This document shows positions 27,060-35,791 of a stretch of 64,000 bases of DNA, one piece after another. The stretch lies in IMG/VR virus record IMGVR_UViG_3300039412_000320; one strand, written 5' to 3'. The stretch is from a virus. The notes below the pieces were generated by a model, which saw nothing but the letters and a program-made list of their open reading frames with translations, was not told where the DNA came from and ran no database searches. The translations under genes were made by a program, and so were the position numbers. The stretch's first letter is position 1; each line of letters opens with the position of its first letter.

Positions 27060-29326
27060 AACTATCCGGTAAGAATTTTCAACCATGGAAAGATTTCTCC
27101 CTTATTGTGGACGGGTTGACATTGATTGTCGGACCGTCGAATAAGGGTAAGTGTCTTGCTCCAAATACTCCTGTTCTTATGTATGACGGGACAAATAAAT
27201 TAGCAAAGAACATAGGTGTAGGTGACTTTCTTATGGGGCCGGATAGCACGCCTCGCACCGTTCTTAGTATTTCCCACGGGTTTGATGATATGTATGAGGT
27301 TTTGCCCAATAAAGGGGGCTTCGATGGTTCTTGGGGGTGTAATCAGTATCACATTTTGTCCTTGATTTGCCGATTAGATGGAAAAAAACGTCGTCTCAGT
27401 CCCTTACAGTTAAGACAATGCAGGGTGGAGATTTCAGTTAAGGACTTTCTTTCCAAAAGTGCTACCTATAAACGGAATGCCCGTTTGCATCGTTCGGGAG
27501 GTATAGATTTTAAGTGCCGGGTAGATAAAAAATTTGAACCTTATTTGGTGGGCTATTGGCTTGGCGATGGTACCACCGATTTACATAAATTAGAAGTAAC
27601 AACCGCCGACCTTGAGGTTGTAAACTATTGTCGAAAACTTGCCACCAAGTATGGTCTCCATCTTATACCCAATGATGATGATTCCTACCGATTTTCTACT
27701 AAACATAAAGGAAGTCGAAGTAATGCCCTTCTTAACCGTTTCCGGTTGTTAAAGTTGGTGGATGCAGACGGAAAATGCATACCACATAGCTATCTGGTTG
27801 GCTCAAGGGAAGATAGACTTTTACTATTGGCTGGGTTGCTAGATTCTGATGCTGGATTAGAACCGTCTCAATTTGCCTTTTGTTCGCAGTTTGAGCGACT
27901 TGCTAAACAAGTGGCATTTTTAGCGAGGTCTCTCGGGTTTAGGGCATCTATTTCTCCTAAGTTAAACAAACGATACAATAAGATATACCATACGGTTTTA
28001 ATTTTCGGGAATTTGCCTAGTATTCCTACTATCATAAAGCGAAAAAAGGCATTATCGCAATCCAAAAAATCTTGTTTAACAACGGGGTTTAAAATAAAGC
28101 ATAAAGGGTGGGGAGAATATTTCGGATTTGAGTTGAGCGGGGATGGGCTTTTTCTTCTTGGTGATTTTACTATAACTCATAATAGCTCCATCTTCCGTGC
28201 CCTGCGGGGGGTATTCCGCAATGAACTCCCGCAGGATTTTGTCCGTAATGGACAGGATGAGAAGATGGAAGTGACTCTTGAGGTTGAGGGTGTCAACGAC
28301 CCCATCAGGGCCACCCGGACCCGCAAGGGTTCCACCAAGTACGCCATTGGTGAAGATGAAAAGGGTAAGCCGATAGAGTATAAGGCTCTCGGCGATAGTG
28401 TCCCCGAACCCATGAAGGTGCTCAAGTATGGCACCGTCAAAGTGGGGGACACAACCATAGACCCCATCTTTTCTCAACAGAACAAGGCACAATTCCTCAT
28501 TGACCCCGACGCATGGAAGCCCAACGACCTGAATGCCATCCTTGGGGCCTTTGCCTCTACCGAAAAATTGGATGCAGGGAAGAAGGAAGCCAACCGGCGC
28601 ATTACCGAAAAGAACGGGGAAGCCCGAACGCTCGCCGAAGAAATCCGTGAGGCAGAGGAACGCCGGGGTAAACTTGAGAGGTTTAATGCCTCGGCACAGG
28701 ACTCCGCCCACACCGTGTCTGGTTATGAGGCAAAGGTCAACAGCTATGAGTCATTGTTGGCCTCGCTGACCGAGACACTTACAAGGACGAATCGGATAGC
28801 GAAGATGCGGTCCTTCATCCTCAAGCTGTCTGTGCCGGATGTATCCCCCATTGAGAAACAGGAGCGCCTCGCCCGGATGTATGCCGAGGCGGTAAAAATC
28901 CTCCGTCGCCGGGAAGTCACGGGACAGGTGGTACATGGCATTGACAATACTATAGTCCAGTGGGACCTTGTGGCTAAGGGGTACAAACGCAAGCAGGCGG
29001 TTCTATCCCTGTTGGAAATTGTCGAAAGAAAGGGAGCAAGCCCCAAGGAGTGCGGGGAGAAGTTAGAGGGTGTGCTACAAGAAGCCAACTTCCTACTCGG
29101 AGTCATTGCTCACTACCTCTCGGCGCTTAAGAACATCAACTTGTTGGCAGAGGCATTGAAGCTCCCCAGCAAGAAGAGTGAGCTTAAGTTTACGGAAGAG
29201 GAACTGGACGCCGCTAACGCCAAGGTTAACTCTTTGACGTTGCTTCTGTCCAAGGAATCCAAACCGAAATGCCCGGACTGTGGTACGGAGCTATGCTGCC
29301 CGTCTTGTCAACCGGAATCGAGGTAG
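27056..29326 (+). CDS. SMC/SbcC/RecF-family P-loop ATPase N-terminal half + coiled coil, interrupted by an intein
   Basis: Extein 'MKLSGKNF..LTLIVGPSNKGK|SSIFRALRGVF' gives an SbcC/gp46-like N-terminus; long coiled coil; ends 'CPDCGTELCCPSCQ'; no signature/Walker B region. Confidence 0.55.
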   Translation: MKLSGKNFQPWKDFSLIVDGLTLIVGPSNKGKCLAPNTPVLMYDGTNKLAKNIGVGDFLMGPDSTPRTVLSISHGFDDMYEVLPNKGGFDGSWGCNQYHILSLICRLDGKKRRLSPLQLRQCRVEISVKDFLSKSATYKRNARLHRSGGIDFKCRVDKKFEPYLVGYWLGDGTTDLHKLEVTTADLEVVNYCRKLATKYGLHLIPNDDDSYRFSTKHKGSRSNALLNRFRLLKLVDADGKCIPHSYLVGSREDRLLLLAGLLDSDAGLEPSQFAFCSQFERLAKQVAFLARSLGFRASISPKLNKRYNKIYHTVLIFGNLPSIPTIIKRKKALSQSKKSCLTTGFKIKHKGWGEYFGFELSGDGLFLLGDFTITHNSSIFRALRGVFRNELPQDFVRNGQDEKMEVTLEVEGVNDPIRATRTRKGSTKYAIGEDEKGKPIEYKALGDSVPEPMKVLKYGTVKVGDTTIDPIFSQQNKAQFLIDPDAWKPNDLNAILGAFASTEKLDAGKKEANRRITEKNGEARTLAEEIREAEERRGKLERFNASAQDSAHTVSGYEAKVNSYESLLASLTETLTRTNRIAKMRSFILKLSVPDVSPIEKQERLARMYAEAVKILRRREVTGQVVHGIDNTIVQWDLVAKGYKRKQAVLSLLEIVERKGASPKECGEKLEGVLQEANFLLGVIAHYLSALKNINLLAEALKLPSKKSELKFTEEELDAANAKVNSLTLLLSKESKPKCPDCGTELCCPSCQPESR
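27152..28183 (+). mobile_element. Intein (344 aa) with LAGLIDADG homing endonuclease domain inserted in the Walker A P-loop
   Basis: Begins 'CLAPNTPVLMYDG', ends 'ITHN' followed by Ser; DOD motifs 'LVGYWLGDGT' and 'LLAGLLDSDAG'. Confidence 0.8.
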
Positions 29327-29328
29327 AT

Positions 29329-29925
29329 ATGGGAAAACTTGAGGGCGCTGATTTTCGGGATAAGGATTATGATGCATATGATAACCCCGGAAAATCTGCC
29401 TTAATTGAATTCCTGTCCCAACGGGAAATCTGGGCAAAAAAACTCCGTGAAGTTGGACTTGGCGATGTTCAGGTTTATCTAGGACCACGTCATCCCGAGG
29501 GTAAGTGGGTGACGGGGGATGTGGAAATTAGAGATGAAAAGCGGAGCGACAATCCGTGGGTGATGCACAACGGTCACCCTTGCTTCAAACACAACACAGT
29601 TTCCATATTTGACAGACGGAAAGACTCCCCGGCGCTCTTTCAGTTTAGTTTCTCTCTTGATGGTTTGAATGCATACACTGTCCTTACGGAGGATGTCCCA
29701 AAGGGGAAGTATTTTCTTGCAGATTTCAGTTATCGTAAGGAGGATGCTTCACGTCACATCTCCTTTAGGCTGGCCCTGATGTTTCATCGGGGTTCTCGCC
29801 AAGACCTTTGGAAGTTATGCGATGGTACATGCTGGGGGACCTTTTTATGCGAAGATGATATTGACCCCACCCCCCATCAAATTCGACTGTTGAATATACT
29901 CAAATTTGAGTGGATTAGACCTTAA
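29329..29925 (+). CDS. hypothetical protein
   Basis: ATG preceded by GAGGTAGAT; the track's earlier start overlaps the upstream gene. Confidence 0.5.
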   Translation: MGKLEGADFRDKDYDAYDNPGKSALIEFLSQREIWAKKLREVGLGDVQVYLGPRHPEGKWVTGDVEIRDEKRSDNPWVMHNGHPCFKHNTVSIFDRRKDSPALFQFSFSLDGLNAYTVLTEDVPKGKYFLADFSYRKEDASRHISFRLALMFHRGSRQDLWKLCDGTCWGTFLCEDDIDPTPHQIRLLNILKFEWIRP

Positions 29926-29964
29926 AGGTCCAGCCGGAATTAGTATTATAGTGAGGAGGATTAC

Positions 29965-30261
29965 ATGCCCGACATCCAAGAACAGTTGCGCACTGCTCAA
30001 GCAAGAGTGAAAACCTTGGCAGGCAAACGAGACCAGCTTAACCGGGAAGTGGGGGTTGAGGAGCAGAAGCTCAAGCAGGTCCATGATAACCTCCGGGCAC
30101 TTAACATCAGCAACCCCGAGCGTCTGTCGGTGGAGGAGCTTAAGAAGCTCGCCGAGGATACCCAGTTGGAGTTGGAAAAGAACCTGAGTAGCCTCATGGC
30201 CTCCCTTGAGAACGGTGAGTCTTTGCTCAAAGACTACGAACAATTTCAACAGGCACAGTAA
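29965..30261 (+). CDS. small coiled-coil protein
   Basis: Class B motif + SD GAGGAGG upstream; heptad-rich. Confidence 0.5.
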   Translation: MPDIQEQLRTAQARVKTLAGKRDQLNREVGVEEQKLKQVHDNLRALNISNPERLSVEELKKLAEDTQLELEKNLSSLMASLENGESLLKDYEQFQQAQ

Positions 30262-30941
30262 TGGAAAATGAACAGCTTCCGGCAATCGAAGAGCTTGTCG
30301 GGCAGGAGGTTAGTCTTGAGCGGGATGCCGTTCAAAACTTCTATCGTAGCTCATATGGGGGCATCAATCCTGACCGGTGGGAACGAGCCAACAACGAAAT
30401 CCCGTTTCAGGATGTCGTAGCGGAGCTTACCGGTCATCGTGATACGGTCATCCGCTGCCCCTTTCATGGTCGTGACCGCACGCCGTCTTTTACCCTCTAT
30501 TCCCGCACCAATGACGCTTATTGCTTTGGATGTCCGCCCGGCAGCATGTTGTATGACAATGTAACCTTTGTATCCAAGTATATGGAACTCAGCCGGGTGC
30601 AGGCTCTTTACTGGCTGGAAAAAACCTTCAACCTTCCCTCCATACCTAATATGCTGGTTGACGACGAGGAAGAAGAGGGTGGTGTTTTAAGCTTCTGGGA
30701 CCTTGCGGAGCACTTTATTTTGAAGGCGCAACGAGATGTTCAGGAAACCAAGGATGCGGAGCTTGCCGAAGACTACATCCGCATCTACTTCACTGGGTTG
30801 ACGCTGGAAAAGAGCGCCAAGGATGCGGAGAGGAGCGATGAGGTAGACCCACAGGAGTTGCACTTGCAAGCCACGGTAGGGCTTGCCGAAGTGCTGGGCA
30901 AGGAAGAGTTGACGGCAATCGCCGATGGAAAGGTAATTTAA
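30261..30941 (+). CDS. CHC2 zinc-finger protein (DnaG primase N-terminal-like), no TOPRIM domain
   Basis: 'CPFHGRDRTPSFTLYSRTNDAYCFGCPPGS'. Confidence 0.6.
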   Translation: MENEQLPAIEELVGQEVSLERDAVQNFYRSSYGGINPDRWERANNEIPFQDVVAELTGHRDTVIRCPFHGRDRTPSFTLYSRTNDAYCFGCPPGSMLYDNVTFVSKYMELSRVQALYWLEKTFNLPSIPNMLVDDEEEEGGVLSFWDLAEHFILKAQRDVQETKDAELAEDYIRIYFTGLTLEKSAKDAERSDEVDPQELHLQATVGLAEVLGKEELTAIADGKVI

Positions 30942-30958
30942 GGAGTACTATATAGAGC

Positions 30959-33900
30959 ATGGCAAAGGTTAAGAAAGAAAAAGTCACCACCGACGATTTG
31001 AAGAAGGTTAAGAAGAAGAAAGTCGTCAAGCTCCGGGACATTCGCACCATGTTCCGGGAGATTCTTGCCGAGCTTTCCGCTGGCGGTGGTGTAGCCAAAG
31101 TCAAAAAAGACTGGATGAGTAAGAAGGCGTTCGAGATTGTCGATACGCCCGAAGCCCTACAGAAGTGGGTTGACGAGGTTCTCACCAATGCTCCCCGCTT
31201 TGAGTTTTACGGGGTCACCGAACCAGTTGTGGCTTTGGATACGGAAGACGTGAGCCTTGACACCCGGCTCTTTATCAGGATGGTGAAGCTGCCTGATGGC
31301 TCCTACCACCAAGAGTATGAAATCAAGACCGATATTTCCGGCATCTGTCTCTCTGCCGATGGTGTCAAGGGCATATACATCCCCATCACCCATGAGTTTC
31401 AGGACCTTGCTCTCACCACCCCGGCCCGCAACATAGACCGCAGGATATGCGCTGAGATTCTCCAGCCGTTCTTCAATCAGGTACACCTTGTTTTTTACAA
31501 TGGGAAATTCGACCGGGAAGTCATGCGCCTCACCATGGGCATTGTCTTTCGTCCTTATCCTCACTTTGAAGATGTGCAGGTTTTGCAATACATTGATGAC
31601 CCCAAAGCTGACATGGAAGACAAGCAGTTCTATACGGGGGATAGCGGCGGCTTGAAGGCGTTGTCCAGCAACCTGCTGGGTATTGAGCAAATCGAGCTTG
31701 AGGAAATCGCCAAGGTCAAGGCGGATACTTGTCCCCACAATGGCTCTCCTTTCTGCTCCTGCACGTTGGAGCAGAAGAAAGAGAATAAGCACGGGCTTAA
31801 GCAGCACTTTGTTCCTTTCAGTTGGATACCCGTAGACATCGCTCTCTATTACGCCGCCTCTGATGCCATTTGTACTTGGCTTCTATGGGAAAAGCTCCAT
31901 CCCCTTGCCCGGACCCGCAAGACCGTGCATCGCATCGACCATGAGCTTGTTGACTCTATCACTTGGATTGAACGGCAGCGGTTCCTTATCGACACCGACC
32001 GTCATACTCGCACTGTCAAAGGGCACCAACGGGTTCTCGCTCAATTTCAGAAGAAACTGTATGACCTTGCCATAGCGGCTGGGTACAAAGAGAATGCCAC
32101 TGATGACGGTGTGGTGTTACCTCATGACCGTTTTAATCCCGATTCCAATGACGACCTGCGCATACTTTTCTTTGATGTCAAAGGATATGCTCCCCTCAAG
32201 ATGACGGATGGTGGGAAGAGCGGCGTGAAGAAAGCCTCGTGTGATGCCGAGGTGGTGGAAGACCTCCACAAGCTGCACCCGGAGGATGAGTTCCTCGAAG
32301 TATTCTCAGACTACAAGAGCTACATCTCCCTACACCCTTCCAGCCTCCACTATGACCCGAGTGATGGCACCGCCCGCATATACCTCAAGCAGAATGTGGT
32401 CTCCGGGGGACGCCTGTCTTCCGCTGGCGGTGACTTTTACAAGGATGGTGGGTTCGGTCTTAACAGCCAAGCTGTGAAAAAGGTGGAAGGTTATTTGATG
32501 TGGAAAGTGACGGGAAATGTCCTCATTCCCGATGAGATTCCCGAAGACCAGATAGAACCCCACACCGAGGAAGAGCTTCACCCTTCATGTTTCAGGGAGA
32601 TGGAAGAGAGTTACATCGTTGAAGAGCACGATGAGGAAGTAGCGGCGGAGCCAGCCGGGGATTGGGTTGATGGTAAGCCCCGTTCCACGATTAAACACGT
32701 CGTTACCATGGGCAAGCGCAAGGTCAAAAAGCGGGCTCCCGGTATTATCCATAATCATATGGGTCAGTACATGGGTTATACCGTTTGTCTGGTGCCGGGC
32801 TGTCAGACCTGCAAAGATAAGTTTGGCTTCCTTATTGAGAACGGTAAGATTGATGCCAACCAGAGAGTCAATCTCCGCTGCTTGTTCTACTCGCCGCCCG
32901 GATGGACATTCTTCACCGTTGACTACGGCAATATCGAAATGCGTGCCGCCGCCAACTGCTCGGGTGAGCCGGAATTCATCAATGAGTTTTTGCATGGCAA
33001 GGGTGACTTCCACTCCCTCACTGCTAGCAAGGTCTTCCCGGAGTTCTCCGACTCCAAGAGTCCTAACTACCGTGCTAAGCACCTGCGTGACTTGGCAAAA
33101 ATCATCAATTTTGCACTTTTATACGGCGGTATCGCCTACACCATTTACGAGAACATGAAGAAGCAGGACCCCAACATCACCTTCCAACGGTGCGAGGAAA
33201 TGGTGGAAAACTACTGGAAGGGCGTGCCGGTGTTCTTCGAGTTTTGCCAGCGCAAACAAGCAATTGCCCGAGACCAACTCATTTGCACCACCACTACGAA
33301 TCGAGTCATCAAGTTTGACTCCGCCATGAAGGCGCTACACATTCATGTCCCGAACGAGGAGGAAAAGAAGAACCTATGGCAGTATCGGGATTACATGAAA
33401 AAGTCGAAGGAGCTTAGGGAAGCTGATGACCCCCGGTGGAAAGAGTATCTCAACCTTGCCAACTCCATGTGGAAGAACCCCGACACTGGCGTTCGCAATA
33501 CCATGGACTACAGCAAGTTCATGGGCAAGATTCAGCGGGTCAGCGTTAATGCCCCCATTCAAGGACTCTGCGGGGATTTCATGCGGATGTCTCTCAACAA
33601 GATTCGCCAGTGGGTTGAAGCAGACCCGCTTATTGCAACCATCTTCATGTTGCATTGTTCGGTTCACGATGAAATCGACTTTTCCGTGAAGAATGAATAC
33701 GTGCCTTTCGTTCTCCCCCGTATCACTCGCATGATGAAGTTGCGCAAGCTGCACCAGATTATGAAGTGGCAGGTGCCCATCGAAGCGGATGCTGAATATG
33801 GATCCAGTTGGGACGTTGAACACCATGTGACCGGTGATGATGACCACATCCCCGCCGCTTGGACAAGGGTATCCGGTATGGACAGGTACCTCCCCGGCGA

Positions 33901-34654
33901 GTGGGATAGTGCGACTATCAAGAACCTGATAAAAGCCATCTCTTCGCAGGTGGAAGCTCGGGTCGAAAAGGCAAAAGCCTTCCTCAAGGAAAACCTGCAC
34001 GAGCGGGCCTTCCAAGCGGCTTGGTGGTGCTTCAACAAGAAGAAGGGGAAGAAAGAAGTCGTACTTCAGACCGACCCCAAGGAAATCCAGCGGGCGCTCA
34101 TAGCGGCTATTCAGCTTGATGAATTCTGGCGTATTGACAATATGCCCGACGAGGATGATGCGAAGTTGGAGACCTTGGAACAGTACGAAACTCGGATGGG
34201 CCTTGGACCGGCTGACCGTAACCCGGCAGCTTTGATATATGGACCTCTCGGTTCTCTGCCCTTAGACGCTCCGGTGAAACGCTATGTCCCCGAACCCCTG
34301 AAAGTGGAGATTTCGTGGAATTCACCACAGGAAGCGTCAGAAGGGGTTGGGGGTACCCAAGGTACCCTCAATCTGTTCGTCGCAGCGGAGAACCTCCCTG
34401 TAGCCCCGCCAGAACCCACTGTAGCTCCCCCCGTGGTAGATTCCACCCCCCAAGTACCGGAAACCAAGGGACCCCCTCCCGGTGTAACCGTGTACGATAT
34501 CTCCGGGGCCGACCAGCTTACCCTTATGCAAATCGACATCACTCTGGGTAAGGGGGACAAGTCCGTATGGGTGCTTCATGATGGCATACGGATGTGCCTT
34601 CATGACCGAGCCATGGACTCCGTTCCCGAACATTACCTCAAGAAACCTGCCTAA
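30959..34654 (+). CDS. Family A DNA polymerase with 3'-5' exonuclease domain and ~330-aa C-terminal extension
   Basis: Exo motifs 'ALDTEDVSLD', 'YNGKFD', 'YYAASDA'; motif A 'DYGNIEMRAAAN', motif B 'RAKHLRDLAKIINFALLYG', motif C 'HCSVHDEIDF'; Pro-rich tail. Confidence 0.85.
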   Translation: MAKVKKEKVTTDDLKKVKKKKVVKLRDIRTMFREILAELSAGGGVAKVKKDWMSKKAFEIVDTPEALQKWVDEVLTNAPRFEFYGVTEPVVALDTEDVSLDTRLFIRMVKLPDGSYHQEYEIKTDISGICLSADGVKGIYIPITHEFQDLALTTPARNIDRRICAEILQPFFNQVHLVFYNGKFDREVMRLTMGIVFRPYPHFEDVQVLQYIDDPKADMEDKQFYTGDSGGLKALSSNLLGIEQIELEEIAKVKADTCPHNGSPFCSCTLEQKKENKHGLKQHFVPFSWIPVDIALYYAASDAICTWLLWEKLHPLARTRKTVHRIDHELVDSITWIERQRFLIDTDRHTRTVKGHQRVLAQFQKKLYDLAIAAGYKENATDDGVVLPHDRFNPDSNDDLRILFFDVKGYAPLKMTDGGKSGVKKASCDAEVVEDLHKLHPEDEFLEVFSDYKSYISLHPSSLHYDPSDGTARIYLKQNVVSGGRLSSAGGDFYKDGGFGLNSQAVKKVEGYLMWKVTGNVLIPDEIPEDQIEPHTEEELHPSCFREMEESYIVEEHDEEVAAEPAGDWVDGKPRSTIKHVVTMGKRKVKKRAPGIIHNHMGQYMGYTVCLVPGCQTCKDKFGFLIENGKIDANQRVNLRCLFYSPPGWTFFTVDYGNIEMRAAANCSGEPEFINEFLHGKGDFHSLTASKVFPEFSDSKSPNYRAKHLRDLAKIINFALLYGGIAYTIYENMKKQDPNITFQRCEEMVENYWKGVPVFFEFCQRKQAIARDQLICTTTTNRVIKFDSAMKALHIHVPNEEEKKNLWQYRDYMKKSKELREADDPRWKEYLNLANSMWKNPDTGVRNTMDYSKFMGKIQRVSVNAPIQGLCGDFMRMSLNKIRQWVEADPLIATIFMLHCSVHDEIDFSVKNEYVPFVLPRITRMMKLRKLHQIMKWQVPIEADAEYGSSWDVEHHVTGDDDHIPAAWTRVSGMDRYLPGEWDSATIKNLIKAISSQVEARVEKAKAFLKENLHERAFQAAWWCFNKKKGKKEVVLQTDPKEIQRALIAAIQLDEFWRIDNMPDEDDAKLETLEQYETRMGLGPADRNPAALIYGPLGSLPLDAPVKRYVPEPLKVEISWNSPQEASEGVGGTQGTLNLFVAAENLPVAPPEPTVAPPVVDSTPQVPETKGPPPGVTVYDISGADQLTLMQIDITLGKGDKSVWVLHDGIRMCLHDRAMDSVPEHYLKKPA

Positions 34655-34690
34655 TAAACCACCTATCGTTCTCTTCTATAGGGGGAGACC

Positions 34691-35119
34691 ATGGGTAGAC
34701 TTCGATTATTCAATGATAAGGAAAAGTGGTGTTCCGCTTGTACATCATGGCTCCCATTGGATGCTTTTTCAAAATTGAAGAGAGAACCTTCCGGTAGAGC
34801 AACCTATTGTCGGCTCTGCAAAAAGAAAAAAAATCAAAAATGGGGGTATAAACATCAGAAAAAGTATACCCATAATCACCTCTATGGGATTACACTGGAA
34901 GAACGAGAAATCTTGTGGGAAAAACAAAATAGATGCTGCGGGATATGTAAAGAACCCATCCCCGTGCAAGGGAATAAAAGTCATTTAGACCATAACCACG
35001 ACACTGGAAAAGTTAGAGGACTTCTTTGCCCAACCTGCAATATGGGAATAGGTCTTTTAGGTGAAGGAAGGTTTCTTATTGCCGCTATCCAATACTTAGA
35101 GAAGGCAGAATGCACATGA
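34691..35119 (+). CDS. Endonuclease VII-family (T4 gp49-like) HNH nuclease
   Basis: 'HLDHNHDTGKVRGLLCPTCNMGIGLLGE'. Confidence 0.7.
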   Translation: MGRLRLFNDKEKWCSACTSWLPLDAFSKLKREPSGRATYCRLCKKKKNQKWGYKHQKKYTHNHLYGITLEEREILWEKQNRCCGICKEPIPVQGNKSHLDHNHDTGKVRGLLCPTCNMGIGLLGEGRFLIAAIQYLEKAECT

Positions 35120-35757
35120 CCAAGAAATGCACGAAATGCGGAAGCTCTTACTACGGCGACCATCACAGGTGCGCTCACTCTCCCGTCAGGACTTTTAAGA
35201 CCCGAAAACAGATGGGATTGAAGGAGGGGGAACTCCCCTTCAAATTCCGAGCAGAGTTGGATGTTAAGGAGGATGGTGAGACGGAAGTAGTTCAAAAGAG
35301 AGCACTTCTTCGGCTAAACTCCCAACGGGTCTATTCTCAGATGGGGTGTGCCGTGCAAGCGTTAAACTCCATGAAGGAGTCGGCGAAGTGGCTCTCCCGG
35401 CTGCTTGACAACATGGACGAGGAGGACAAAACTGACATTTCTCCCGTTCTCGCCATGGTGGGAACCTCCCTATATGGTCTGGAGCAGCTTTCCGCCCAGA
35501 AAGTCAAATATGCCGTGCAGATGGAGGAATTACTCGAAAAGGAGCGGCGTAAGGCTCGCACCGTGCGGATGAGGATAGCCAAGGAGTCTGTGGATAAACG
35601 TAAGAAAAATAATGAGTTTGGAATTCTAAGAGCCGGAAGTCCGACGTTGGAGATGTTGCCAGTTGGCCTCGATAACGAGGTCATTTTGGAGCATTTTAGG
35701 CTACTTCCCAGAAACAGCGAGGCGGTGGATAGACCCACGGAAGAGCCGAAATCGTAA
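35110..35757 (+). CDS. hypothetical protein
   Basis: Overlapping start; N-terminus 'CTKCGSSYYGDHHRC'. Confidence 0.45.
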   Translation: MHMTKKCTKCGSSYYGDHHRCAHSPVRTFKTRKQMGLKEGELPFKFRAELDVKEDGETEVVQKRALLRLNSQRVYSQMGCAVQALNSMKESAKWLSRLLDNMDEEDKTDISPVLAMVGTSLYGLEQLSAQKVKYAVQMEELLEKERRKARTVRMRIAKESVDKRKKNNEFGILRAGSPTLEMLPVGLDNEVILEHFRLLPRNSEAVDRPTEEPKS

Positions 35758-35791
35758 TTTTTCCGCTTTCTATCCCCTTTATTGAGGACTT

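Noticed and set aside
29329-30261. ORFs 29329-29925 and 29965-30261 as the missing C-terminal half of the SbcC-like ATPase.
   Set aside because: Neither contains an ABC signature (LSGGE/Q), Walker B or H-loop; the second is a short coiled coil only.
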